64,000 nt of DNA. Origin: Flavobacteriaceae bacterium. GTDB lineage: Bacteria; Bacteroidota; Bacteroidia; Flavobacteriales; Flavobacteriaceae. The notes below the pieces were generated by a model, which was not told where the DNA came from, ran no database searches, and saw nothing but the letters and a program-made list of their open reading frames with translations. Of the stretch, positions 9,932 to 20,005 are shown in pieces. The first letter of the stretch is position 1. The number at the start of each line of letters is the position of its first letter. Both the position numbers and the translations under genes were made by a program. The DNA lies in NCBI GenBank assembly GCA_029246125.1, contig JAQWNZ010000057.1, positions 3,804 through 67,803 of the forward strand, written 5' to 3'.

Positions 9932-11131
9932 ATGCCACAACTATCCAAAAAGGGAATCGAACTTCCAACCTCACCTATTCGAAAGCTTGTTGAACATGCT
10001 GAAAAAGCAAAAGCAAATGGAATTGAGGTGTTTCATTTAAACATTGGACAACCAGATATTGCAGCACCCAAGCAAGCTATTGAAGCTGTCAAAAAATCAA
10101 AATTGAATCTATTGCCCTACGGACCATCTCAGGGAAAGTTATCTTACAGATCAAAACTTGTTGATTACTACAATTATCATAATATTAATATCGAAACTGA
10201 TGATATAATCATAACTACAGGGGCAAGCGAGGCCCTTACTTTTGCTCTTAATGTGATTTGTGATGCTGGTGATGAGATCATTATACCAGAACCTTTTTAT
10301 GCAAATTATAACGGTTTTGCAAGTGCAGCAAGTGTTCGAGTTGTACCAGTAATTTCCGAATTCCATTCAAAATTTCAACTTCCTGCCTTAGAGAAGATCA
10401 GTGATAAAATCACTTCAAAGACCAAAGCCATTCTTTTATGTAATCCTAGTAATCCAACAGGGTATGTTTACAGTAAAAAAGAAATTCAAACCCTATGCGA
10501 ACTTGCTATAAAACATGATATTTTTCTAATTGTTGACGAAGTTTATCGAGAGTTTATTCATGATGGCGAACCACACTATTCTGTTTTGAGCGATGAAAAG
10601 GCTAGTATGCACACAGTTATGATTGATTCAGTTTCTAAACGATACAGTTTGTGTGGTGCTCGCGTGGGTTCGCTGGTGTCAAAAAATGATTCACTCATCC
10701 AAAACGTAATGAAATTTGCGCATCTTCGTCTTTCACCTCCTACTTATGCACTAATGGCAAGTGAGGCAGCACTATCTGCCCCAAAAAGCTATCTTGAAGG
10801 AGTAATTAAAGAATATAAGGCGAGAAGAAATACCCTCATTAATCAATTAGAGCAGATTCCCAATGTAGAAGTTTCTCACCCTATGGGTGCCTTTTACTGT
10901 ATTGTAAAATTACCTGTGGAAGACGCTGAAGACTTTTCTAAATTCTTATTAACTGACTTTAGCATAAACAATAAAACTGTAATGTTAGCTCCTGCTAAAG
11001 GTTTTTATTCATCTCCTAATGTAGGGCTTGATGAAGTTCGAATTGCATTTATTTTAGACCAGGAAAAGCTGATTCTGGCGGCAACTATTTTAGAAAAAGC
11101 ATTGGAAGCCTATAAGAAATTTGTACCTTGA
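9932..11131 (+). CDS. pyridoxal phosphate-dependent aminotransferase (class I/II)
   Basis: Fold-type I aminotransferase pattern: NPSNPTG, and the PLP-lysine context SVSKRYSLCGARVG. Confidence 0.82.
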   Translation: MPQLSKKGIELPTSPIRKLVEHAEKAKANGIEVFHLNIGQPDIAAPKQAIEAVKKSKLNLLPYGPSQGKLSYRSKLVDYYNYHNINIETDDIIITTGASEALTFALNVICDAGDEIIIPEPFYANYNGFASAASVRVVPVISEFHSKFQLPALEKISDKITSKTKAILLCNPSNPTGYVYSKKEIQTLCELAIKHDIFLIVDEVYREFIHDGEPHYSVLSDEKASMHTVMIDSVSKRYSLCGARVGSLVSKNDSLIQNVMKFAHLRLSPPTYALMASEAALSAPKSYLEGVIKEYKARRNTLINQLEQIPNVEVSHPMGAFYCIVKLPVEDAEDFSKFLLTDFSINNKTVMLAPAKGFYSSPNVGLDEVRIAFILDQEKLILAATILEKALEAYKKFVP

Positions 11132-11134
11132 AAT

Positions 11135-12142
11135 ATGCTTAGATTTAAAGAGAACATTTCTTTAAAGCCTTACAACACTTTTGGGATCGAAACCCAAACA
11201 AAGTACTTTTACGAAGTATCTAATACCATTGAGCTCAAAAAAATTCTTGAAATAAATAAAAATCTCCCCTTTCGTATTTTAGGGGGTGGTAGTAATATTC
11301 TATTTACTGAAGATTTCGAAGGACTAACCCTACTGATAGCCAATAAAGGGAAATCAGTTTTAAAAGAGACTTCAAAAACTGTTACTGTGGAAGTACAGGC
11401 TGGAGAAAACTGGCATGAGTTTGTTATTTGGTGTTTGAATCACAATTACGGTGGTATTGAAAATTTAGCCCTAATACCAGGAAGTGTTGGCGCTGCCCCT
11501 ATACAGAATATTGGAGCTTATGGAGTGGAACTAGCCTCAGTATTCAAATCCTGTAGAGCATTAAATATAAAAACTCTTAAAGAAGAGGTTATTTTCAAAA
11601 AAGATTGTGAATTTAGTTACAGGTCTTCCATTTTTAAAAACCATCAAAAAGGTAGATATATCATTATATCAGTTTGCTTTCAACTAAAAAAACCTCCACA
11701 TCATCTTAATATAGATTACGGTACTCTAAATACTTACTTTGAGAGAAAAACTCTAAATATACAAGAAATTGCAGCAGCTGTTATTGAAATTCGAGAATCC
11801 AAACTTCCCAACCCTAAGACATTAGGTAACTGTGGTAGTTTTTTTAAAAACCCCCTGATCTCAAAATCACATTTTAAATTACTGAAAGAAACCTACCCAG
11901 AGCTTCCCTTCTATCCTGCTTATGATAAACAACTTAAAATTCCAGCTGCTTGGCTTATAGATCAGTTAGGATTTAAAGGGACCCAACATGGTGGAGCTGG
12001 GGTCCATAAAGATCAAGCATTAGTTCTCGTTAATTTGAATGCAGCCAAAGGAAAAGAAGTTTTAGAGCTAGCACGAAAAATACAATCTTCAGTTAAAAAT
12101 ACTTTTAATATTAATCTAGAAACTGAAGTTAATATTCTTTAG
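11135..12142 (+). CDS. murB: UDP-N-acetylenolpyruvoylglucosamine reductase
   Basis: FAD-binding N-terminus (NTFGI...GGGSNILF), GSVGAAPIQNIGAYG, and C-terminal GSFFKNP / AAWLID motifs. Confidence 0.92.
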   Translation: MLRFKENISLKPYNTFGIETQTKYFYEVSNTIELKKILEINKNLPFRILGGGSNILFTEDFEGLTLLIANKGKSVLKETSKTVTVEVQAGENWHEFVIWCLNHNYGGIENLALIPGSVGAAPIQNIGAYGVELASVFKSCRALNIKTLKEEVIFKKDCEFSYRSSIFKNHQKGRYIIISVCFQLKKPPHHLNIDYGTLNTYFERKTLNIQEIAAAVIEIRESKLPNPKTLGNCGSFFKNPLISKSHFKLLKETYPELPFYPAYDKQLKIPAAWLIDQLGFKGTQHGGAGVHKDQALVLVNLNAAKGKEVLELARKIQSSVKNTFNINLETEVNIL

Positions 12143-12147
12143 TTTAC

Positions 12148-12600
12148 TTATTCCTTATTCTTAGAATCAATTAAAATGGTTACAGGACCATCGTTTTCTA
12201 AAACAACTCGCATCATGGCTCCAAAAGTTCCAGTAACAATCTTTGATTCTAAAAGAGACCCTGCTTTTTTGATGAATGACTCATAAAGTGGAATAGCATG
12301 TTCGTGAGTTGCAGCTTTAATATAAGATGGTCGGTTTCCTTTTTTAGTAGCCGCCATGAGGGTGAATTGACTCACAATCATTAGCTCTCCATTAACATCT
12401 AGTAAGGACTTATTCATCACACCATTATTGTCGCCAAAAATTCTCAAGTTTAATACTTTTTTTACCAGCCAATCTACATCAGGCATTTCATCTGCCATCT
12501 CTATACCAAGCAATACCAAAATTCCTTGGCCAATTTTGTTACTTTCCCCTTCTTCAATTATAACCTTAGCCTCTCGAACTCGTTGCAAAACAACTCTCAT
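12148..12600 (-). CDS. dtd: D-aminoacyl-tRNA deacylase
   Basis: MRVVLQRV..., SQFTL and NDGPVT motifs. 150 aa. Confidence 0.92.
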   Translation of the reverse strand: MRVVLQRVREAKVIIEEGESNKIGQGILVLLGIEMADEMPDVDWLVKKVLNLRIFGDNNGVMNKSLLDVNGELMIVSQFTLMAATKKGNRPSYIKAATHEHAIPLYESFIKKAGSLLESKIVTGTFGAMMRVVLENDGPVTILIDSKNKE

Positions 12601-12609
12601 AAACTTTTA

Positions 12610-13536
12610 TTAACGGTAAGTGATATCATTTTCCAACATTTGTAAATAGCTTTTATATCTTGATTCTGCGATATTACCTTCTTCAAAAGCCTGAATTACA
12701 GCACATTGGGGCTCTCTTTGGTGCAAACAATTATGGAACTTACATTCGGATTTTAAGGATAAAAATTCTGGAAAATAATTTCCCATTTCTTCAGCCTGCA
12801 TATCTACAACACCAAACCCTTTTATTCCCGGAGTATCGATTAATTTCATTCCTCTAGGTAAAGCAAATATTTCAGAAAAGGTAGTTGTATGTGTTCCCTG
12901 TTGATGGTGATTTGATATGTCTGAAGTTTTTAAATTTAAATTTGGAGCAATTGTATTTATCAAAGTAGACTTTCCAACACCACTATGCCCAAAAAACATA
13001 CTAAGCTTATTTTCCATCATACTTTCAATTTTATTAATGTTTAGCCTTTTAGTCGATGAAATTTTTAATGTTTTGTATCCAATCTTAGAGTAAAGAGCTG
13101 CCAAATAATCGACCTCTAGCTCCTGTTCAGATGTATAGGTGTCTATTTTATTAAAAATCAAAATAGAGGGAATTTGATAAGCTTCGGCTGTAACTAAAAA
13201 ACGGTCAATAAATGAAGTTGATGTAGGAGGATTGTACAATGTAATTAACAAAAATACCTGATCAATATTTGAAGCAATAATATGAGTCTGTTTGGAAAGA
13301 TTTACAGACTTTCGAACAATATAATTTTGGCGTTCTTCTATTTCTACTATTGTCCCTTGTGGTTCTGAGGCTAAAATATCAACTTCAAAAGTGACCCGAT
13401 CTCCTACTGCTATAGGATTTGTACTTTTAATTCCTTTAAGGCGAAGTTTACCTTTTATTCTACAGGAATAAAAAAGTCCATCAGATTCAACTGTGTACCA
13501 ACTTCCTGTGGATCTATAAACAATGCCTTTTTTCAA
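12610..13536 (-). CDS. rsgA: ribosome small subunit-dependent GTPase A
   Basis: OB-fold N-terminus, circularly permuted GTPase (NKIDT ... GHSGVGKSTL), zinc knuckle CKFHNCLHQREPQCAV. Confidence 0.92.
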   Translation of the reverse strand: MKKGIVYRSTGSWYTVESDGLFYSCRIKGKLRLKGIKSTNPIAVGDRVTFEVDILASEPQGTIVEIEERQNYIVRKSVNLSKQTHIIASNIDQVFLLITLYNPPTSTSFIDRFLVTAEAYQIPSILIFNKIDTYTSEQELEVDYLAALYSKIGYKTLKISSTKRLNINKIESMMENKLSMFFGHSGVGKSTLINTIAPNLNLKTSDISNHHQQGTHTTTFSEIFALPRGMKLIDTPGIKGFGVVDMQAEEMGNYFPEFLSLKSECKFHNCLHQREPQCAVIQAFEEGNIAESRYKSYLQMLENDITYR

Positions 13537-13622
13537 TACTTTTTTTACAAAGTAACAGTTTTTTTTTAAGCTCAGTGGATTAATTGAAGAGCTTACTAAT
13601 TTGTATCTTTATTAAAAAATTA

Positions 13623-15137
13623 GTGAATCAAAAAATACTCTTAATGATATTAGATGGTTGGGGAAATGCTCCAGATCCAAAAGTATCTGCATTAGACCAG
13701 GCAAAGACACCCTACATAGATTCGCTTTACGAAGACTACTCATTTAATTCCCTTAGAACTGATGGCGAACATGTAGGTTTACCAAAAGGTCAAATGGGAA
13801 ATAGCGAAGTGGGGCATATGAATTTGGGTGCAGGGAGAATTGTTTATCAAGATCTTGCCAGGATAAATCTGGCAGTCGAAAAAAATGAACTTCGAAATAA
13901 AAAAGTACTAACTGATAGTTTTCAATTTGCAAAGAAGCAAGGTAAAAAGGTCCATCTTTTAGGATTATTGTCCGACGGTGGAGTTCATTCACATATCAAT
14001 CATCTTAAAGGCTTAATTGATTTAGTTGAAGATTATGAAATTCCCGAGGTTTACCTTCATGCGTTTACGGACGGACGAGATGTTGATCCCCATTCAGGAA
14101 AAAGATTTGTAAATCAGATTGAAGAAAAATTAAAGGGCAAGCATACCAAATTGGCAACTTTGATTGGAAGGTATTACGCTATGGATCGAGACCGACGGTG
14201 GGAACGTGTAAAACTCGCTTATGATCTTTTAATTCATGGAAAAGGAAGCTCATCAGCCGATTTCGAAAAAAGTCTTCAAGAAAGCTACAATGAAGGAATT
14301 ACGGATGAATTTATCAGACCCCTAATCAAAGAAAATATCTCCTCAAGAATAAAACAAGGGGATGTAGTACTATTCTTCAATTTCAGAACAGACAGAGGAA
14401 GAGAGCTTACCCAGGCTCTTTCTCAGCAATCATTTCCAGAATACGATATGGAACCCCTAGACTTGTATTATATAACACTAACAAACTATGATGATTCCTT
14501 TAAGGGAGTAAAAGTTGTTTTTGACAAAGAGAACCTTCAAGACACTTTAGGTGAGGTCTTATCAAAAGCCGGAAAAACTCAAGTACGAATTGCGGAAACA
14601 GAAAAATACCCTCATGTAACCTTCTTTTTTAACGGCGGTAGAGAAGTTCCATTTAATGGCGAAGAGCGAATTTTATGTCCCTCTCCCAAAGTAGCTACTT
14701 ACGATTTAAAACCTGAAATGAGTGCTTTTGAAATCCGAGATGCCATTGTTGAAAGAATTGAAAATGATCCGCCGGATTTTATCTGTCTAAATTTTGCAAA
14801 TCCAGATATGGTAGGTCATACAGGAGATTTACAAGCTGCTATCAAAGCTTGTGAAGCTGTTGATCAATGTACTGCTGATGTATTAAATGCTGCATTCAAA
14901 CAAGACTACACTAGTTTAATAATTGCAGATCATGGAAATTGTGAAACAATGATAAATCCAGATGGAAGCCAAAACACAGCACATACCACTAATTCGGTTC
15001 CTATTATCTTAGTTGACCCAGAAAAAAAGAAAATCAATTCAGGAGTTTTAGGTGATATTGCTCCTACTCTTCTAGATTTGATGGATGTGAAACAACCTAA
15101 AGCAATGACCCAAAAATCTTTAATTATAAGATCATGA
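13623..15137 (+). CDS. gpmI: 2,3-bisphosphoglycerate-independent phosphoglycerate mutase
   Basis: ILDGWG, GNSEVGH and ADHGN motifs. The track ORF starts at TTG 13584. GTG 13623 (MNQKILLMILDGWG) or ATG 13644 fits the family N-terminus better. Confidence 0.95.
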   Translation: MNQKILLMILDGWGNAPDPKVSALDQAKTPYIDSLYEDYSFNSLRTDGEHVGLPKGQMGNSEVGHMNLGAGRIVYQDLARINLAVEKNELRNKKVLTDSFQFAKKQGKKVHLLGLLSDGGVHSHINHLKGLIDLVEDYEIPEVYLHAFTDGRDVDPHSGKRFVNQIEEKLKGKHTKLATLIGRYYAMDRDRRWERVKLAYDLLIHGKGSSSADFEKSLQESYNEGITDEFIRPLIKENISSRIKQGDVVLFFNFRTDRGRELTQALSQQSFPEYDMEPLDLYYITLTNYDDSFKGVKVVFDKENLQDTLGEVLSKAGKTQVRIAETEKYPHVTFFFNGGREVPFNGEERILCPSPKVATYDLKPEMSAFEIRDAIVERIENDPPDFICLNFANPDMVGHTGDLQAAIKACEAVDQCTADVLNAAFKQDYTSLIIADHGNCETMINPDGSQNTAHTTNSVPIILVDPEKKKINSGVLGDIAPTLLDLMDVKQPKAMTQKSLIIRS

Positions 15138-15697
15138 AACGAATCCAACTTCTTCTTTTGACAAGTCTTCTAATTGCAAGTTGTAAAAATTCGCAGATTT
15201 CAAAATACTCTACTGAACCTATGAAAGTAGAAACATTAATTGGAGAAGAAGGAGAAACTGTTGTTCTAGGTTATATGAATCGAGCGAATCTCAATACGGA
15301 AGAATTTATGACTTGGTTTCAGCCAGAGTATGATTTGTTAAAGATCCCCGAAGGATGGATAGAAAAACACGCCTATCTAGCTCAAAATTTACAGTTTAAA
15401 TTATTTTTGGGAACCTGGTGTGGAGATACACAAAGAGAATTAGGAGGAATGTTTAAACTTCTAGATGCCTTAGGAGTAAATGAAAATCAAATTGAAATGT
15501 ACGCCATATCTGAGTCAAAAGAAAGTCCCTTGGGCTATGAAAAAGATTATGACATTATAAATATCCCAACCCTTATCTTTCTTGAAAACGGAAAAGAAAA
15601 TAATAGAATCGTAGAATTTCCTGTAGAAAGTTTGATCGAAGATTTTTCAAAAATTCTTAAAAAGGAGGCCTACCAAGATGCCTACGCTGATTTTTAA
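15134..15697 (+). CDS. thioredoxin-fold lipoprotein
   Basis: Lipobox LLIASC. Single-Cys thioredoxin-like site GTWCGDT. Overlaps the gpmI stop by 4 nt. Confidence 0.5.
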   Translation: MKRIQLLLLTSLLIASCKNSQISKYSTEPMKVETLIGEEGETVVLGYMNRANLNTEEFMTWFQPEYDLLKIPEGWIEKHAYLAQNLQFKLFLGTWCGDTQRELGGMFKLLDALGVNENQIEMYAISESKESPLGYEKDYDIINIPTLIFLENGKENNRIVEFPVESLIEDFSKILKKEAYQDAYADF

Positions 15698-15699
15698 AT

Positions 15700-16524
15700 A
15701 TGTCCGAAATTATACTTAAAACAAAGCAAGAGATTGAATTGATGCGTGAGAGTGCATTGATTGTTTCAAAAACATTGGGCATGTTAGCTTCAGAAATCAA
15801 GCCTGGGGTAAGTACTTTAAAACTCGATAGATTGGCCTATGACTTTATCAAAGAGCAGGGTGCTGAACCTGGATTCTTAGGTCTTTATGATTTCCCAAAT
15901 ACCCTCTGTATGAGTCCTAATGCTCAAGTAGTACATGGGATACCAAATGACTCTCTATTAGTTGAAGGAGATATCATTTCAATTGACTGTGGGGTTCTCA
16001 AAAACGGCTATTACGGAGACCATGCTTATACTTTTGCTGTAGGTGAAATTGATGTCGAAACAGAAAAATTATTAAGAATTACCAAAGAGTCGCTATATGA
16101 AGGAATCAATGCTTTTCAACTAAACAACCGTATTGGAGATTTAGGTTATGCAATTCAACACTATTGCGAAAAAGAAGGTTACGGGGTCGTCCGTGAACTT
16201 GTAGGTCATGGTTTAGGAGAAACCATGCATGAGGCGCCTGAAGTGCCAAATTATGGAAAGCGCGGCCGTGGTAAAAAATTTTTAAATGGGATGGTCTTGG
16301 CCATAGAACCTATGATCAATATGGGTACCCATCGAATCAAACAACTCAAAGACGGCTGGACCATCCTAACAGCAGATGGCAAACCTTCTGCTCATTTTGA
16401 ACATAATGTTGCTTTGGTAGAAGGTAAACCAGAACTGCTTTCAACTTTTGAATATATCTATAAAGCGATGGATGTTTCAACTGAAGAGGAACTCCCATAC
16501 AGAAGCAATTCTTTGATATTATGA
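15700..16524 (+). CDS. map: type I methionyl aminopeptidase
   Basis: Metal ligands in the conserved contexts VVHGIP, IDCG, GDHAYTF, GHGLG, EPM and HFEHN. Confidence 0.95.
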   Translation: MSEIILKTKQEIELMRESALIVSKTLGMLASEIKPGVSTLKLDRLAYDFIKEQGAEPGFLGLYDFPNTLCMSPNAQVVHGIPNDSLLVEGDIISIDCGVLKNGYYGDHAYTFAVGEIDVETEKLLRITKESLYEGINAFQLNNRIGDLGYAIQHYCEKEGYGVVRELVGHGLGETMHEAPEVPNYGKRGRGKKFLNGMVLAIEPMINMGTHRIKQLKDGWTILTADGKPSAHFEHNVALVEGKPELLSTFEYIYKAMDVSTEEELPYRSNSLIL

Positions 16525-17273
16525 GAAGGATACTAAATATAATTCCAAGACCTTGGCTCATTTTGATGAGCATCTGGTTTCGTCCATTGATAAAGTGGTA
16601 TTATAAAGGAAGTAAATTTACAGATCCTATTGACGGAAGTTCTTATCGTAAATTTTTACCCTACGGATATCAAACTAGTAGAGCCAACGCTTTATGTCCA
16701 GGTACTCTTTCCTTAGAACGACACCGTTTGTTATGGTTATACCTAAAAAGAAAAACTACTTTTCTTAAAGACCCATTAAAGGTTTTACACATTGCGCCCG
16801 AACAGGTATTTTTTTGTAAGTTCAAATCTTTTACCCATTGGAACTATACCACTACAGATCTTCATTCACCACTTGCGGATATTAAAGCTGATATATGTGA
16901 TCTTCCTTTTGAAAATAATACCTACGACTTGATTTTATGCAATCATGTTTTAGAACACATCTCTAATGATCATAAGGCAATGGAAGAACTCTTCAGGGTG
17001 TTAAAAATTGGAGGTACATTAATTGCTCAAGTTCCTTTAGAAGAAAATCGTTCTAAAACTTTCGAAGACAATAATATAAAAGATAAAACCAAACGAAAAG
17101 AAACTTTCGGACAGTACGACCATGTCCGTGTTTACGGTACGGATTATTATAAAAGATTAGAAAGTGTAGGTTTTAAAGCCCAGGGGATTAATTTTTTAAA
17201 AGAAATTTCTCGTAAAGAAATTGAAAGTTATTCACTACCAAAAAATGAAAGAATTCCTTTAGCTATAAAATAA
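16521..17273 (+). CDS. class I SAM-dependent methyltransferase
   Basis: VLHIAPE (motif I-like), acidic-loop CDLPFENNTYDLILCNHVLEH and GGTLI, typical of Methyltransf_11-type enzymes. Substrate unknown. Confidence 0.6.
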   Translation: MRRILNIIPRPWLILMSIWFRPLIKWYYKGSKFTDPIDGSSYRKFLPYGYQTSRANALCPGTLSLERHRLLWLYLKRKTTFLKDPLKVLHIAPEQVFFCKFKSFTHWNYTTTDLHSPLADIKADICDLPFENNTYDLILCNHVLEHISNDHKAMEELFRVLKIGGTLIAQVPLEENRSKTFEDNNIKDKTKRKETFGQYDHVRVYGTDYYKRLESVGFKAQGINFLKEISRKEIESYSLPKNERIPLAIK

Positions 17274-17274
17274 A

Positions 17275-17297
17275 CTTGATCTACTTCTTGATCTACT
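17275..17297. repeat. tandem direct repeat CTTGATCTACT x2 (period 12) at the methyltransferase/apbE convergent junction
   Basis: Read directly: CTTGATCTACT-t-CTTGATCTACT. The second copy overlaps the apbE stop codon. Confidence 0.9.
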
Positions 17298-18324
17298 AAT
17301 TAATAAACCCTTTTGAGAAAAGCTCTTTAATTCCTTTAATTGAATCTGAAATGATCCAATAAGCTTCCAGTTCAGACCTTGAATTAATTAGTTTTTGTGA
17401 TTTTTCTAAAGGCATCACCATAAGTGCTGTTGCATAAGCATCTGCTGTCATACAGTCGGGTGCCTTTACAGAGGCGCTCAATACTTTAGTCGGTATTGCC
17501 AAACCTGTTTTAGGATTAATGGAATGGGCAATACGTAATCCAGTATCTTCATCAACTTCAAACTTTCGATAATTACCTGAAGTAGCCAAAGCTTGATTTT
17601 TAAGTGTCACAGTTCTTATAAAATTACGTTGATCGCCCTGCTGAGGATCATCAATAGCAATTTTCCAAAAACCTCCAGATCTAGGGCTTTTTCCTTGCGC
17701 TACAATCTCACCACCGATTTCAACCAAATAAGATTCTGAAGCATTATTTTTTAAATAGTTTGCCAACACATCTACTGCATAGCCCTTTGCTAAAGCATTG
17801 AAATCAAAATAAATCTCAGGGTGAACTTTTTTTATGGTATGCTGAGGTGTTAGTTTAGTCTTGGACCAACCCGTCAATAAAAGCAAACTATCTCGTTGTT
17901 TATCACTAACATATTTTAACGGCTTTTCTGGGCCAAAACCGTAGGCATTAACTAAAGCCCCTACTGTAGGGTCAAAAAATCCTTCAGATTGCTCCCAAAC
18001 CTCTGACGCCTTTTGATAAACGTTGATAAAATGTTCATCTACAACCAAAACATCATTCCCCTTGTTGATTTTAGATATATCAGAATCGGATATATAAGTA
18101 GATAGTGAATTATTTAAAACCTTAAAAATAGAATCTACTCTTTGGCTTATATATTCATGGGTAAGTCTGTTGGAAACGAAAGAAATAGAATATGAAGTCC
18201 CTAATGCATAACCTTGAATTTTTTGGAGCTGCTTTTTTTCTGGAGAACAACCCAGCAAAAAAAAACAAATCAAAAAATTAATGTATTGATTCAAGTCCTT
18301 TAAAATTGACTGCATAGGGGTCAT
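17296..18324 (-). CDS. apbE: FAD:protein FMN transferase (flavin transferase ApbE), lipoprotein
   Basis: Lipobox FFLLGCS. ApbE-family blocks (ALGTSYSI, ALATSGNYRKF, TADAYATALMVM). Located directly downstream of the nqr operon. Confidence 0.87.
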   Translation of the reverse strand: MTPMQSILKDLNQYINFLICFFLLGCSPEKKQLQKIQGYALGTSYSISFVSNRLTHEYISQRVDSIFKVLNNSLSTYISDSDISKINKGNDVLVVDEHFINVYQKASEVWEQSEGFFDPTVGALVNAYGFGPEKPLKYVSDKQRDSLLLLTGWSKTKLTPQHTIKKVHPEIYFDFNALAKGYAVDVLANYLKNNASESYLVEIGGEIVAQGKSPRSGGFWKIAIDDPQQGDQRNFIRTVTLKNQALATSGNYRKFEVDEDTGLRIAHSINPKTGLAIPTKVLSASVKAPDCMTADAYATALMVMPLEKSQKLINSRSELEAYWIISDSIKGIKELFSKGFIN

Positions 18325-18637
18325 TTTTAGTTAATGGAAAATCGTAGTTTTCAGCGTTTGCAAATCCAACACCAGCAAGAAATAAATGCGCATTATTTTT
18401 GGTAGCGTGATCTTTTACTTTCTTGATCAATTCTGGATCAAATTTTCTAGGTGTATTTGGATAAAGAATTCCTTGGACAAGAACAAAGTATAGTTTTTTC
18501 TCTTTAACACATACAAACTGGGGTGTTCGCTTTAGTTTAGAATTTACTGCAAGAAATTCATAGCCCTCTGCTTCCAGATGGTCACCTACCTCTTTCATTG
18601 CAAGTTGGTGAATTTCATGCAGTGTTAATTGACTCAT
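18278..18637 (-). CDS. hypothetical cytoplasmic protein (119 aa) between nqrF and apbE
   Basis: Uninterrupted ORF with an ATG start, no TM segments and no motif I recognise. Overlaps the apbE 5' end by 38-47 nt. Confidence 0.5.
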   Translation of the reverse strand: MSQLTLHEIHQLAMKEVGDHLEAEGYEFLAVNSKLKRTPQFVCVKEKKLYFVLVQGILYPNTPRKFDPELIKKVKDHATKNNAHLFLAGVGFANAENYDFPLTKNDPYAVNFKGLESIH

Positions 18638-18703
18638 TGAAAATAAAGTAAGTATTTACTTAATTGAATAGTAAAAGGTACAAAACTTCTTATTAAACCA
18701 TTA

Positions 18704-19999
18704 TTATCCACCAAAATCATCAAAACGAACATTCTCTGGTGGGACTCCATAGTCCTCAGCCATTCTTTCAATTGCTTGGTTCATTAGCGGAGGTCCACAG
18801 AAGTAAACTTCAATATCTTCTGGTGCATCATGATAAGATAAATAATTGTCAATAACTACTTGATGTACAAATCCAGTAAACCCGTCACCTTTTCCATCTA
18901 AGCCATCTTTTACTTTCCAATTGTCTTCTTCCATAGGTTCAGAAAGTGCGATGTAAAATTTGAAATTAGGGAAATCATTTTCCAGTGCCTTAAAATGATC
19001 AATGTAGAATAATTCACGTTTTGACCGACCTCCATACCAAAATGTTACTTTTCTTCCAGTCTTTAATGTTCTGAACAATTCGTATAGATGCGAACGCATC
19101 GGTGCCATACCTGCACCTCCGCCGACATATAACATTTCAGCTTCAGATTCATTAATGAAAAATTCACCATAAGGCCCTGAAATCGTAACTTTATCACCGG
19201 CTTTTTTAGAAAAAATGTATGATGAAGCTACTCCAGGATTTACGTCACTCCAACCATTTTTGACACGGTCAAATGGAGGTGTAGCAATACGAACATTAAG
19301 CATAATTTCATTTCCCTCTGCAGGATAAGAAGCCATAGAATATGCACGTTCAACTGTTTCAGGATTTTTCATTACTAATGGCCATAATTTAAACTTGTCC
19401 CATTCCAGCTTAAATTTTTCTAATTCACCAGGATGTTCTTCAGGATGTGCTGATATGTCAATATCCTCATACTTTACTTCACATGGAGGAATTTCAATTT
19501 GAATATATCCTCCTGCCTTGTAATCCATTGCCTCTGGAATTTCAACAACAAACTCTTTGATAAAAGAAGCAACATTCCAATTTCTTACAACTTTAGCTTC
19601 ATACTTTTTGATCCCAAAAACCTCTTCAGGCACTTGAATCACCATGTCCTGTTTTACCTTAACTTGGCATCCCAAGCGCCAACCTTCGGCAACTTCTTTT
19701 CTAGAAAAGTGTGGAGCTTCAGTTGGTAAAATTTCTCCACCTCCTTCAAGGACTTGACACTTACACTGTATACAGGTTCCTCCACCTCCACAGGCTGAAG
19801 GCAAAAAGATTTTATTATTACCTAAGGTACTCAATAGGGTATTCCCTGACGAAACTTCTACTTCATTGTCTCCATTTATCATTAAAGAAACGGGACCTGA
19901 AGGTAATAGTTTTGCCTTAGCACCTAAAAGCATTCCAACCAATAGGAATGTTATGACTAAAAAAACGATAATACTTGCTAATATTATTGAATAATCCAT
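18704..19999 (-). CDS. nqrF: Na+-translocating NADH:quinone oxidoreductase subunit F
   Basis: N-terminal TM segment, 2Fe-2S motif [12 protein letters not shown]...C, FAD site RAYSMAS, NADH site GGGAGMAP. Confidence 0.96.
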   Translation of the reverse strand: MDYSIILASIIVFLVITFLLVGMLLGAKAKLLPSGPVSLMINGDNEVEVSSGNTLLSTLGNNKIFLPSACGGGGTCIQCKCQVLEGGGEILPTEAPHFSRKEVAEGWRLGCQVKVKQDMVIQVPEEVFGIKKYEAKVVRNWNVASFIKEFVVEIPEAMDYKAGGYIQIEIPPCEVKYEDIDISAHPEEHPGELEKFKLEWDKFKLWPLVMKNPETVERAYSMASYPAEGNEIMLNVRIATPPFDRVKNGWSDVNPGVASSYIFSKKAGDKVTISGPYGEFFINESEAEMLYVGGGAGMAPMRSHLYELFRTLKTGRKVTFWYGGRSKRELFYIDHFKALENDFPNFKFYIALSEPMEEDNWKVKDGLDGKGDGFTGFVHQVVIDNYLSYHDAPEDIEVYFCGPPLMNQAIERMAEDYGVPPENVRFDDFGG

Positions 20000-20005
20000 T
20001 TTAAA

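Noticed and set aside
18644-18670. AAGTAA-ATAC-TTACTT hairpin followed by TATTTT between nqrF and the 119-aa ORF, a possible terminator that would uncouple the ORF from nqr
   Set aside because: The stem is only 6 bp with a single G-C pair, which is too weak to call. Whether nqrF and the downstream ORF are co-transcribed stays open.
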